Part shown: positions 24,572 to 35,452 of the stretch, piece after piece
Position numbering within the stretch: the stretch's first letter is position 1
Layout: each line of letters begins with the position of its first letter
Assembly: GCA_038087875.1 (NCBI GenBank)
Contig: CM075994.1
Coordinates: 11,100,001 to 11,164,000 of the forward strand
Reading direction: 5' to 3'
Source of the DNA: Malacoraja senta
Taxonomy: Eukaryota
Length of the DNA: 64,000 nt
Position numbers and translations under genes: made by a program
Notes under the pieces: generated by a model
What the model saw: only the letters and a program-made list of their open reading frames with translations
Told to the model about the DNA's origin: nothing
Databases searched by the model: none

Positions 24572-26450
24572 TCTGGGATATAATTACACCATTCAGATTC
24601 CATCACGTATTCAGTTCTCACGTTTTCTGCTGGGAGGATATACAAATCCATTCTGTTTTGCTGAGCAATTGTCCGGATGACCACCTCCTCCGCAGTAATT
24701 TCTTCCAAGGCTAGGGCAGTGAAATTAGTAACCTTTACTCACGCAGAGGCTATATTGATGCTCTCTCTCTCACCCTTTACCATGCCCTGGCAAGGAAATG
24801 CAAGAGCAAAGAACCTTTCCATGTTGACTGAGAGTACATTTGGGATAAGGACTTATAGTGCCGAATAATATAAACAAAATGAGGGAAATAATAGGAGCCT
24901 CAACTATCCTGGGGCAAACAGGGAACGTAGACAAAATAGGTAGGTATGTTACAAAACTTACCTTCAGTCGCGCTGTAATTCTGCCACTGGCCGTGTGCGC
25001 GATTTTGGCGCCTTTAAGGGGGGGCGGGGTTAAAACGCGGGTTTCTCCTCCCTTGTCCTGGTTAATATTTTGTTGGAGTACAAGCGCTGGCTGAAGAATC
25101 GTTCCTAGTGGCGATTTGTGTATTTTTTATTTTTATTAAATCGTCAATGTCAGCGCTGGAGTAATTTTAAAAGCAGCTCCTGAAGCGTCAACGCCGATAA
25201 CGGGGACGGATTTCACACACGGGACAGGTAAACGAAAGTGGTTTCTTTAAATGTATAAAAGTGCTTCTTAAGAAGCCTTTAATTCACATTTTTTCATGCG
25301 TCACGGTGATTTTATTCCCCGAATTAACGGCAGTATTTTTCATGCCAATACGGGGTTAAATTCACCGCAAATGAACGTTCCAAAAGATCGCGTTCCAGAA
25401 ATCCACACTCACAAGATGAATTAAATGCCCATTAATTTACAGGTATTAAACATTCAATTCCTTCCATTTGGCCTGTAAATTCATGAAAATGAGATTTAAA
25501 AATTATGTTATATTGTGAATTATTGTGTGAATGTTATTTGGACACTTAGGCTATTTAAAAATGTTAATATATTCTTGAGAAATTGATAGATGTTTAGATC
25601 TAGTAATTGAATTTTGTAATTAGCTACAATTAGGTAACTAACTAATTATATGCTTTACTTTCATGTCTTCTAAGTAAAATTGTTTCATATTTGTTTCAGA
25701 ATGCTTCAATCTATAATAACTGAAAATTTCTTTCAGTTATCTTAATTTTTAAGAAAGTTATGGGCTTTTGACTGTCCTCGATCACAGCTTTTGTGTTAAG
25801 TCAATGGAAAAGCAATAGGGAACAAGATGCTAATTTCCGCGTATGAAAATGGCCATAACTTCTTTACTACTGAAGGTATGAAAGTGAATTAGGTGTCAAA
25901 TTAAACTTCTTTTTATGCTTTATCTGATGGGATAAATTGCAGACTTTATTTTTAAAATCTCAAAATCTTTTAACATTGCTAAAATAGGTACTATTGCAAG
26001 CACTCAAGGATTCTACCGAAAGGGGAAAACAGTTGTCCTGAAAAGGGTATCCAGTTGAACGGTTTCGAGCCGTAATGTGACTGAAGCCCACACGTGTACT
26101 GTCAAAGACATTGAGATTTCGACTGCACAAAGCGTTCCGTACTTTCGGGACCCGCTATATTGCCTGACATGGCAAATTCCCCTTCTTGCCTTCTTTCACT
26201 AAAGGGCCCAGAATGGCCTAGAACGAGGAACAGTAGGAACGGTTGTATTTGGGCTTGTATTTGCAACGTTCCTTATGGTAGACATACAAGCAGGTGGGAA
26301 TGGTTCTGGGGCATGTACCACTCGACCATTTCCGAAACGTTCAAAGCGATAATCTTAAGGGGAATATCTCCTCTTAATTGCATGGGCACACGTGTACACA
26401 TCCAACATCTGGAAAGTGTATCTCTTTTTTCATGCGTAGTGGACATATAT
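24572..26450 (-). pseudogene. env: Endogenous retrovirus env (gamma-type: SU CXXC, fusion peptide, ISD, CX6CC remnant), decayed and split by a DNA transposon
   Basis: SRCWMCTRVP at ~26400. ACNSTYFVYVPCLPQDS*GSYY reads across the transposon site. [62 protein letters not shown] at 24822-24572 aligns without gaps to the LQNRMALD.LLAE.GGTC..IG.ECCTYIPD consensus. Confidence 0.85.
24941..25981. mobile_element. Non-autonomous TIR DNA transposon, copy B (inverted relative to copy A)
   Basis: TAGGTATGTTACAAAA ... TTTTAACATTGCTA, flanked by AAATAGG on both sides. Confidence 0.88.
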
Positions 26451-26457
26451 AACAATA

Positions 26458-27637
26458 CTAGACTAAGTGGGACCCGTTGGGTCCCATGTTCACACGGGAG
26501 GGCAACTCACTCACGGTTGGTGGGCGAGCAGTTAACTCACGGCTATTCCTTGAAATTCCATTTCAAGCAGGGTGCAAGGCCACCAAATTCAAATGCAGTT
26601 TCCTACCATTTCAAGCAGGGTGCAAGGCCACCAAATTCAATTGCAGTTTCATACCACTTCAAGCAGGGTGCAAGGCCACCAAATTCAGGTGCAGTTTCCT
26701 ACCACTTCAAGCAGGATGCAAGGCCAACGAATTCAAGTGCAGTTTCCTACCACTTCAAGCAAGGTGCAAGGCCACCGAATTCAAGCGCAGTTTCCAACCA
26801 CTTCAAGCAGGGTGCAAGTCCACCGAATTCAAGTGTAGTTTCATACCACTTCAAGCAGGGTGCAGGGCCACCAAACTCAAGTACAGTTTCCTACCACTTC
26901 AAGCGAGGTGCAGGGCCACCAAACTCAAGTGCAGTTTCATGCCACTTCAAGCAGGGTGCAAGGCCACCAAATGCTAGCGCTGTTTAATGCCATTTCAAGC
27001 AGGGTGGAAGGCCACCAAATTCAAGTGCATTTCATAGCACTTCAAGCAGGGTGCAAGACAACCAAATTGAAGTGCAATTTCATACCATTTCAATCAGGGT
27101 GCAAGGCCACCAAATTCAAGTCCAGTTTCACACCATTTCATGCAGGGTGCAAGACAACCAAATTAAAATGCAGTTTCATACCATTTCATGCAAGATGCAA
27201 GGCCACCACATTCAAATGCAGTTTCATACCATTTCAAGCAGGGTGAAACCACCATAAAACCACCATAAAACCACACTAAACACCACATAAACACCACACT
27301 CACAGTTCAGTAGACATTCAGTGTGTTCAGTTGATTCACAGCTCAGACAGAGTCGTGACCTCTCCTCCCCATCTTGCAGAGACTGAGCCACACCCATACT
27401 TCCGGGTTTTATAATCCCTCTCCCCTCCCACCAGAAGGAGCGTGGCTTTCATGGCGTGATTGACAGGAGAGAGATTCTCAACAATTTTTTAAACACTAAT
27501 AACACTATTATTTTTAATTGATGGAAAGAATCCTCTGCACCTGATGAGCGGAGGGGGACTGAGTAAGATGGCCAAAAATCACAGCCGTAAGTGGTAGCGT
27601 TTTATCCAAAATCAATATACAGTGCAAACAGGAAGTT
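26458..27637 (-). mobile_element. Non-autonomous Helitron-like element H3 (extreme 5' end missing)
   Basis: Minus-strand 3' end GGGACCC-AAC-GGGTCCC-ACTTAGT-CTAG|T. The family 5' block is at 27290-27637 and stops about 30 bp short of the TC terminus. Confidence 0.8.
26557..27245. repeat. 48-bp minisatellite of H3 (CCACTTCAAGCAGGGTGCAAGGCCACCAAATTCAAGTGCAGTTTCCTA)
   Basis: About 14 tandem copies, seen as 16-aa periodicity in the overlapping ORFs. Confidence 0.95.
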
Positions 27638-27996
27638 AACCGATTGCCACCAACAACAACCGTTTGCAGTGCAGCATTTCAAAGCAGTTACCACCACCAA
27701 CATCCGTTTGCAGTGCAGCATTTCAAAGCAGTTACCACCACCAACAACCGTTTGCAGTGCAGCATTTCAAAGCAGTTACCACCACCAACAACCGGGACGG
27801 AGCTGCCAGCCCACCAGGCCTGAGTGACTGCGCTGCCAGCACACCAGGCCTGAGTGATTGAGCTGCCAGCCTAATAATCTATTCGGCAGACAATGTCCAT
27901 ACTAGCCCTGGAAACCAGTCCATTCGGCCCACAACACCCATACTATCGCTCCAGAATCCCACCCCCCAATGGCCCAACGGGTCCCATTTTGTCTTG
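27638..27996 (+). mobile_element. 3' half of Helitron-like H4 (44-bp repeats + terminus), displaced by inversion
   Basis: Carries the ACCGTTTGCAGTGCAGCATTTCAAAGCAGTTACCACCACCAACA repeats, the family 3' block, a hairpin remnant GGCCCAACGGGTCCC and the end CTTG|T. Confidence 0.7.
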
Positions 27997-30260
27997 TACC
28001 GAAATAAAATTTATATTCTTTGGCTAGCTTACCTTCGTACCTCATGTTTTCTCTCCGTATTGCCTTTTTTATTTTTCTTCTGTTGCTCTTGAAAGGTTAC
28101 CCAGTCCTCTGGCTTCCCGCTCATCTTTGCTATGCTGTACTTCTTCGCTTTCATGTTTATACTGTCCCTGACTTCCCTTGTCAGCCACGGTCGCCCCTTG
28201 CGGCACCTGAAATCTTTCTTCCTCTTTGGAATGAACTGATCCTGCACCTTCTGTATTATTCCCAGAAATACCTGCCATTGTTGTCCCACTGTCATCCCTG
28301 CTAGGGTATCTATCCAGTCAACTTTGGCCAGCTCCTCCCTCATGGCTCCATAGTCCCCTTTGTTCAACTGTAATACTGACACCTTCGATTTACCCTTCTC
28401 CCTCTCAAATTGTAGATTAAAATTTATCATATTATGGTCATTTCCTCCTAATGGCTCCTTAACCTCAAGTTCCTTTATCAAATCCGGTTCATTACACAAC
28501 ACTAAATCCAGAATTCCCTTCTCCCTGATAGGCTCCAGTACAAGCTGCTCTAAGAATCCATCACGGAGGCACTCCACAAACTCCCTTTCTTGGGGTCCAT
28601 TACTAATCTCATTTACCCAGTCTACCTGCATGTTGAAATCTCTCATAACAACCGTAGTATTCTCTTTACGAAATGCCAATTTTAACGCTTGATTCAATTT
28701 GCACCCTATATCCAGGCTACTGTTTGGGGGTAAGTAGATATTTCCCATTAGGGTCTTTTTACACTTACAATTCCTCAGTTCTATCCATACTGACTCTGTA
28801 TCTTCTGATTTCATGTCACCCCTCTCAAGGGACTGAATGTCATTCCTCACCAGCAGAGTTACCCCACCCCCTCTACCCACCTGTCAGTCTTTTCGATAGG
28901 ACGAATATTCAGTTCCCAGCCCTGGTCCTCTTGCAACCATTCCCACAACATCATACTTGCTAATTTCTAACTGAGCCTCAAGCTCATCCACTTTATTTCA
29001 AATACTTCGCGCACTCATAAACAACACTTTGACTTCAGTATTCACCTCCCCTTTCACACCGGTCAATATTGGCCCTGACCTTAATCCGTCTCGAACTTTC
29101 CTTCCCATTACTCCTGGAGTCTTTTGTAACTTTTCCTGTGCTCGCTTTCCCTTTAACTCCATCTTTATACTCCCAATTTGTCAATCCGTCCCCCCACTAT
29201 TTAGTTTAAACCCACACGTGTACCACTAGCAAACCTGCCTGTCACAACGTTGGTTCCCCTCCAGTTAAGGTGTAACCCGTCCCTATTCTACGGGTCACCC
29301 CTACCCCAGAAGAGATCCCAGTGGTCTATAAAGCATTATCGTTGCTCCCTGCACCAATCCCCAGCCACTCATTCAGGTCCCCTATCTCCCTGTTCCAGCC
29401 CTCACTAGCACGTGTACTGGAAGCAATCCAGAGATAACCACCCCAGAAGTCCTGCTTTTCAATCTTCTTCCTAACTCTCTAAACTTGCGTTGCAGAAACT
29501 CCTTCCTCTTCCTCACGATGTCGTTTGTGCCCACGTGCACAACTGCTACCGGTTGTCCAACTTCCCTCTCGAGGATGTTCTGAAGTCGGTCTGTGATCTC
29601 TTTAACCCTGTCACCATGGAGGTAACAGCCCATCCTCCAGCCTCGGCTGCCGCAACAGAATCTCCAGTCCGTACCTCGGACAATGGAGTCACCCACCACT
29701 ATAGCTCTCCCCGACGTCGGTCTCGCCGGTCGAATCTCATCGCTTGGGTTAGAGCCACCGACCTGTCCACCTGTCGGACTGGAAGCGTCGCCCGCCCCGA
29801 CAGCTTCCAAAAGGGTGTGCCTGTTTTCATTAGGTTTCCATTCACACAGCCACCTGGGTCTACTGCACTCTACGCTTACTCCTCGTTCTCACAGTCACCC
29901 ACCTTCGCTCTTCCTGTAGCCTAGGCGTCTCAATCTCACTGTTGGTCTTATCCACGAAACTCTCGTTACATCGGATGGCCCTGAGGTCATCCAGCTGCTT
30001 CCCCAGTGCCCCAACGCGGGCCTTCAGGAGCTGAACCTTGGCACACTTACCACAGTTGTAGCAGACAGAGGCACCATCAGTGTCTCTGACCTCCCACATC
30101 CTCCAAGCCTCACACTGAATCAGCTTACCCGTCATGTGTTCACCGCATCCCGTCCTCTCCAACTTTTGGCGTAATCTCCTCTCCTCAATCTCCTCGCCGA
30201 AGACTCTCGAGCCAAAGTCAGACACTTTTCTCACGAGGCACATTTCTCACAAGACACTTT
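27997..30260 (-). mobile_element. CR1 LINE 5' portion (ORF1 zinc-finger/leucine zipper + esterase; ORF2 APE)
   Basis: ORF 29860-30243 (YNCGKC..LGKQLDDL), ORF 29382-29810 (VVGDSIVRG, VHVGTND) and APE ORF 28029-28880. Confidence 0.92.
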
Positions 30261-30364
30261 TTTCACAATATGAAGCGAAAGGTCACGTCTCTCTGAGCTG
30301 TGAATGACACTGAATACATGTCTACTCAACTGTGAGTGCCCTTAATGTGGTTTGAAAATGAAAA

Positions 30365-30958
30365 TGTGGTTGCTTTGAAATGCTGCACTGCAAACGTTTG
30401 TTGGTGGTGTAACTGCTTTGAAATGCTGCACTGCAAATGGTTGTTGGTGGTGGTAAGTGCTTTGAAATGCTGCACTGCAAACGGTTGCTGCTGGTGGTAG
30501 CCGTTTTGAAATGCTGCACTGCAAACGGTTGTTGGTGGTGGTAACTGCTTTGAAATGCTGCACTGCAAACGGTTAACGGCTAACAAATCATTTATTGCAA
30601 GTACATTGCACACACACAGTTCCGTTTATTCACAGCTGAGAATCACAATTGTGGCCTCTCCCTCGCGATCTTCCAGAGTGACTGACTCGCGTCCAGGCTT
30701 CCGGGGTTTTATAGTTCTGCCTCCCCCCCCGGAAGGGACGTTACCTTCATCGTGGTGATTGACAGGCGAGAGGACCAATCAGCTGATCTCAAGATTTTTA
30801 ATTTTTCATCGATCGGAAAAATCCTCGAGGCTGTCTCAGCGGAGGAGGACTGTGAGTAAGATGACCAAAAATTATAGCGATATATGGTAACGTTTTTTCT
30901 AAAATCAATATACAGCGCAGACAGGAAGTGGTCAAGATGAGACTTTTAGTTATATAGA
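30365..30958 (-). mobile_element. 5' half of Helitron-like H4
   Basis: Minus strand A|TCTATATAACTAAAAGTCTCATCTTGACC, closely similar to 186-560, followed by the 44-bp repeats. Confidence 0.8.
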
Positions 30959-32770
30959 TGTGAAGAGGAAAAAAATAGTTAGGACCAAATTTGGACCCTT
31001 GAAGACTCAAAAGGGTGAATTTATTATGGGGAACAAAGAAATGGCAGATGAGTTGAACAGATGCTTTGGATCCGTCTTCACTAATGAGAACACAAACAAT
31101 CTTCCTGATGTACTAGTGGCCAGGGGATCTGAGGTGACGGAGGAACTGAAGAAAATCCACATTAGGCGGGAAATGGTGTTGGGTAGACTGATGGGACTGA
31201 AGGCTGATAAATCCCAAGGGCCTGATGGTCTGCATCCCAGGGTACTTAAGGAAATGCTCTAGAAACCGTGGACGCATTGGTGATCATTTTCCAATGCTCT
31301 ATAGATTCAGGATCAGGGAAGCTAATGTTATCCCACTTTTTAAGAAAGGCGGGAGAGAGAAAACAGGGAATTATAGACCAGTTAGCCTGACAACTAGGAA
31401 ATGGACAAGGCAGAGCCAGTGGATGTAGTGTACCTGGACTTTCAGAATGCATTTGATAAAGTCCCACATAGGAGATTAGTGGGCAAAATTAGGGCAAAAG
31501 GTATTGGGTGTAGAGTGCTGACATGCATAGAAAATTGGTTGACAGGCAGGAAACAAAGAGTAGGGATTAATGGGTCTCTTTCAGAATGGCAGGCAGTGAC
31601 TATTGGAGGTACCGCAAGGCTTGGTGCTGGGAAACAGCCATTTACAATATACATTAATGATTTTGATGAAGGGATTACAAGTAACATTAGCAAATTTGCA
31701 GATGACACAAAGCAGGGTGGCAGTGTGAACTGTGAGGAGGATGCAGGGTGACTTGGACAGGTTGGGTGAGTGGGAAAATGCATGGCAGATGAAGTTTAAT
31801 GTGGATAAATGTGAGAATATCCACTTTGGTAGCAAAAATAGGAAGGCAGAAATCTTGAATCTTGAATCTTGAATCTTGAATCTAAATTGTGTCAAGTTGG
31901 AAAAGAGGAACTGTAAGGAGGATGCTATGAGAATGTCACGTCGTCAAGTATATTTGTCACATACGCATACGAGATGTGCAGTGAAATGAAAAGTGACAAT
32001 GCCTGCGGAATGTGCCAGCAGAATGCAGGCTGACTTGGACAGGTTGGATGAGTGGGTAATGTGGATAAATGTGAGGTTATCCACCTTGATAAGCAACAAC
32101 AGGTAGGCAGATTATTATCTAAATTCTCTCAAGTTGGAGAAAAGGGGTAGTACAACGGGATCTGGGGGTCCTTGTTCATAAGTCAATAAAAGTAAGCATG
32201 CAGGTACAGCAGGCAATGGGGAAAGCGAATGGCATATTGGCCTTCATAACAAGGGGAGTTGAGTGTAGGAGCAAAGAGGTCCTTCTGCAGTTGTACAGGG
32301 CCCTAGTGAGACCACACCTGGAGTATTGTGTGCAGTTTTGGTCTCCAAATTGGAGGAATGACATTCTTGCTATTAAGGGAGTGCAGCGTAGGTTCACAAA
32401 GTTAATTCCCGGGATAGCGGGACTGTCATATGCTGATAGAATTGTGCGGCTGGGCTTGTATACTGTGGAATTTAGAAGGATTTAAGGGGATCTTATTGAA
32501 ACTTATCTGATTATTAAGAGTTTGCACCCGCTAGAGGCAGGAAACATGTTCCCGATGTTGGAGGGTGGGGGTGGGGTCCAGAACCAAGGGCCACAGTTTA
32601 AGAATAAGTAGTAAGCTATTTAGAACGGAGATGAGGAAACACTTTTTCACACAGAGAGTTGAGTCTGTGGAATTCTCTGCCACAGAATGCGGTGGGAGGC
32701 CGGTTCTCCGGATACTTTCAAGAGAGAATTAGATAGATCTCTTAAAGATAGCAGAGTCAGGGGATAAGGA
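30959..32770 (+). mobile_element. CR1 LINE 3' portion (linker, RT, C-terminus); continuation of 27997-30260
   Basis: Motifs KSQGPDGLHPRVLKE, YLDFQNAFDKVPH, KFADDTK and LVRPHLEYCVQFWSP. Confidence 0.92.
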
Positions 32771-33224
32771 GAGAGACGGGGGATGGGGAGAGAGACGGGG
32801 GGATGGGGAGTGGGGAGAAAGAGAAGGGGGTGGGGGGAAAGAGACGGGGGAAGGGAGGTGGGGGGGAAAGATACGGGGGGACGGGTTGTGGGAACGAGAC
32901 GGGGGGAGAGAGATGGGGGTAGGTGAGAGAAGCGGGAGGTGGGTAAGGGAGTGAGACGGGTGGGCGGGTAGGGGAGTGAGCCGGAGGGGTGAGGGATAGG
33001 GGCGTGAGACGGTGGGGGGTAGGGGAGCGATACGGGGGGAGGTGGTAGGGTAATGAGACGGGGGGTGGTAGGGGAGTGAGACGGGGGTTGGTAATGGACT
33101 GAGAAGGAGGGGGGATTAAGGGAGTGAGACGGGGGGGTGAGGGTAGCGGAGTGAGACGGGGAGGTGGCTGTGGTGGGCCGGGGTTGTGTGGGGCCGGGGC
33201 TACTCCTCTCGTCGCGGCGGCAAC

Positions 33225-33235
33225 GAAAGTGAAAG
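33225..33235 (+). promoter_or_regulatory. ISRE/IRF element upstream of the truncated TAP2-like copy
   Basis: GAAAGTGAAAG matches the GAAANNGAAA consensus. Confidence 0.6.
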
Positions 33236-33254
33236 CAGCGTCTGCCACAGCCAC

Positions 33255-33440
33255 ATGGCCGCCGCCGGTGGAGCGCTCCTGAACCGGTCCCTAGCGCTTG
33301 CCCTTGTCCCCGCCGCCGCCCACCTGGTGCTGGGGCCGCTGCTGCCCGCCGCCTGGGCTCCGGCCGGCCTGGCCGCGCTGTTACTCGCCGCCTTGGCGCT
33401 GGCCCGGGGCCGGGCCCCGCTGCTCCGCTACACGCTGCTC
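33255..33440 (+). pseudogene. TAP2: Truncated TAP2-like exon 1 fragment fused to CR1
   Basis: Matches 35479-35658 (MAAAGGALLN..PLLRYT), then jumps into CR1 sequence. Confidence 0.8.
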
Positions 33441-34645
33441 CTCTTCACATACCTAAAGAAGCCTTTACTGTCCTGCTTTATATTCTTGGCTAGCTGACCT
33501 TCGTACCTCATCTTTTCTCCCCCTATTGTCTTTTTAGTTATCTTCTGTTGCTCTTTAAACATTACCCAATCCTCTTGTTTTCCGCTCATCTTTGCTACGT
33601 TGTGCTTCTTCTCTTTTATTTTTATACTGTCTCTGACGTCCCTTGTCAGCCACGGTCGCCCATTACTCCTCTTGGAATCTTTCTTCCTCTTGGGAATGAA
33701 CTGATCCTGCACCATCTGTATTATTCCTGCACCTCCCTCATGGCTCCATAGTCCCCTTTATTCAACTGTAACACTGACACCTCCGATCTGCCCTTCTCCC
33801 TTTCCAATTGTAGATTAAACCTGACCATATTATTGTCACTACCTCCTAATAGCTCCTTAACCTCAAGTTCCTTTATCAAATCCGGTTCATTACATAACAC
33901 TAAATCCAGAATTGCCTTCTCCCTGGTAGGCTCCAATACAAGCTGCTCCAAGAATCCATCACGAAGGCACTCCACAAACTCCCTTTCTTGGGGTCTAGTA
34001 CCAACCCGATTTTCCCAGTCTACCTGCATGATGAAATCTCCCATAACAACCACAGCATTCCCTTTACTACATGCCAATTTCAACTCCTGATTCAACTTGA
34101 ACCCTATATCCAGGCTACTGTTTGGGGGCCTGTAGATAAGTCCCATTAGGGTATTTTTTACCCTTACAATTCCTTAGTTCTATTCATACTGACACCACAT
34201 CTCCTGTTTCAATGTCACCCCTTGCAAGGGACTGAATTTCATTCCTCACCAACAGAGCTACCCCACCCCCTCAGCCCACCTGTCTGTCTTTTCGATAGGA
34301 GGTATACCCTTGGATATTAAGTACCCAGCCCTGGCCCTCTTGCAGCCATGTCTCAGTAATTCCCACAATATCATACTTGCCAATTTCTAACTGAGCCTCA
34401 AGCTCGTCCACTCTATTTCTTATACTTCGCGCATTCATATACAACACTTTGACCTCCGTATTCACGTTCCCCCTCGCACCGCTCGCAATTGGCCCTGACC
34501 TTATTCTTATATCCCTTCTCGAACTTTGCTTCCCATTAATTCGAGAAGCTTTTGTAATTTTTCCTGTAGCCACCCCCCTTCAACTCCATCTTTATACTCC
34601 CAATTTTTCAATCCCTCCTCCCCCCCCCCCCCCACACTATTCAGT
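33441..34645 (-). mobile_element. CR1 ORF2 N-terminal (APE) fragment
   Basis: Motifs LYMNARSIRNRVDEL, GITETWL and YRPPNSS. Duplicate of 47087-48358. Confidence 0.9.
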
Positions 34646-35441
34646 CAAACACAGCAAACAAGACTGGCTGAGGAAGGGTCTGTGGTTGGCATGGACGAGT
34701 TAGGCTGAAGGCCCCGTCTCCGTGCAATAAAAGTCTGATTTTATTTATCTGCGATCACTCTCATTTCCTGCTTCATATTTACTCAGGCCACTGCTGCCTC
34801 TCCCTTGTCAGTGAAATGCACAAAATGGCTGCACATTACTGACGAAACAAGCGGAGAGGTTTGTTTCAAAAATAAACTTTATTCAGAATTAAAAATATAT
34901 ACGAAACAACAACTGTGCAAAAACTCTTCAATAAGCTCATTCTTAGTAGTGTTCGCACCTATCTTTAAACAAACCCCTTGCCTCTCATGAGGTGGGGAGA
35001 GAGAGACGGGGGGTGGTGGAGAGAGACGGGGGATGGGGAGAGAGACGGGGGGGGTGGGGGGAGAGAGACGAGGGGATGGGGAGTGGGGAGAAAGAGAAGG
35101 GGGTTGTGGGAACGAGACGGGGGGAGAGAGATGGGGGTAGGGGAGAGAAGCGGGAGGTGGGTAAGGGAGTGAGACGGGAGGGCGGGTAGGGGAGTGAGCC
35201 GGAGGGGTGAGGGATAGGGGCGTGAGACGGTGGGGGGTAGGGGAGCGATACGGGGGGAGGTGGTAGGGTAATGAGACGGGGGGTGGTAGGGGAGTGAGAC
35301 GGGGTTGGTAATGGACTGAGAAGGAGGGGGGATTAAGGGAGTGAGACGGGGGGGTGAGGGTAGCGGAGTGAGACGGGGAGGTGGCTGTGGTGGGCCGGGG
35401 TTGTGTGGGGCCGGGGCTACTCCTCTCGTCGCGGCGGCAAC

Positions 35442-35452
35442 GAAAGTGAAAG
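35442..35452 (+). promoter_or_regulatory. ISRE/IRF element of TAP2-like copy 1
   Basis: GAAAGTGAAAG lies 26 bp upstream of the Kozak ATG (GTCGCCATGG). TAP genes are interferon/IRF1-inducible. Confidence 0.7.

Noticed and set aside
15801..26450. env as part of the Gypsy element (an env-bearing Gypsy)
   Set aside because: env lies outside both LTRs and the TSD, on both sides of the host Helitron, so it predates the Gypsy insertion.
26160..27257. 275-aa ORF with a 16-aa repeat resembling a repeat protein
   Set aside because: It comes from a 48-bp minisatellite open in several frames, and the ORF crosses the env/Helitron junction.
29382..29810. Host SGNH esterase gene (also 59118-59660)
   Set aside because: It sits between the zinc finger and APE of a CR1, so it is the known CR1 ORF1 esterase domain.
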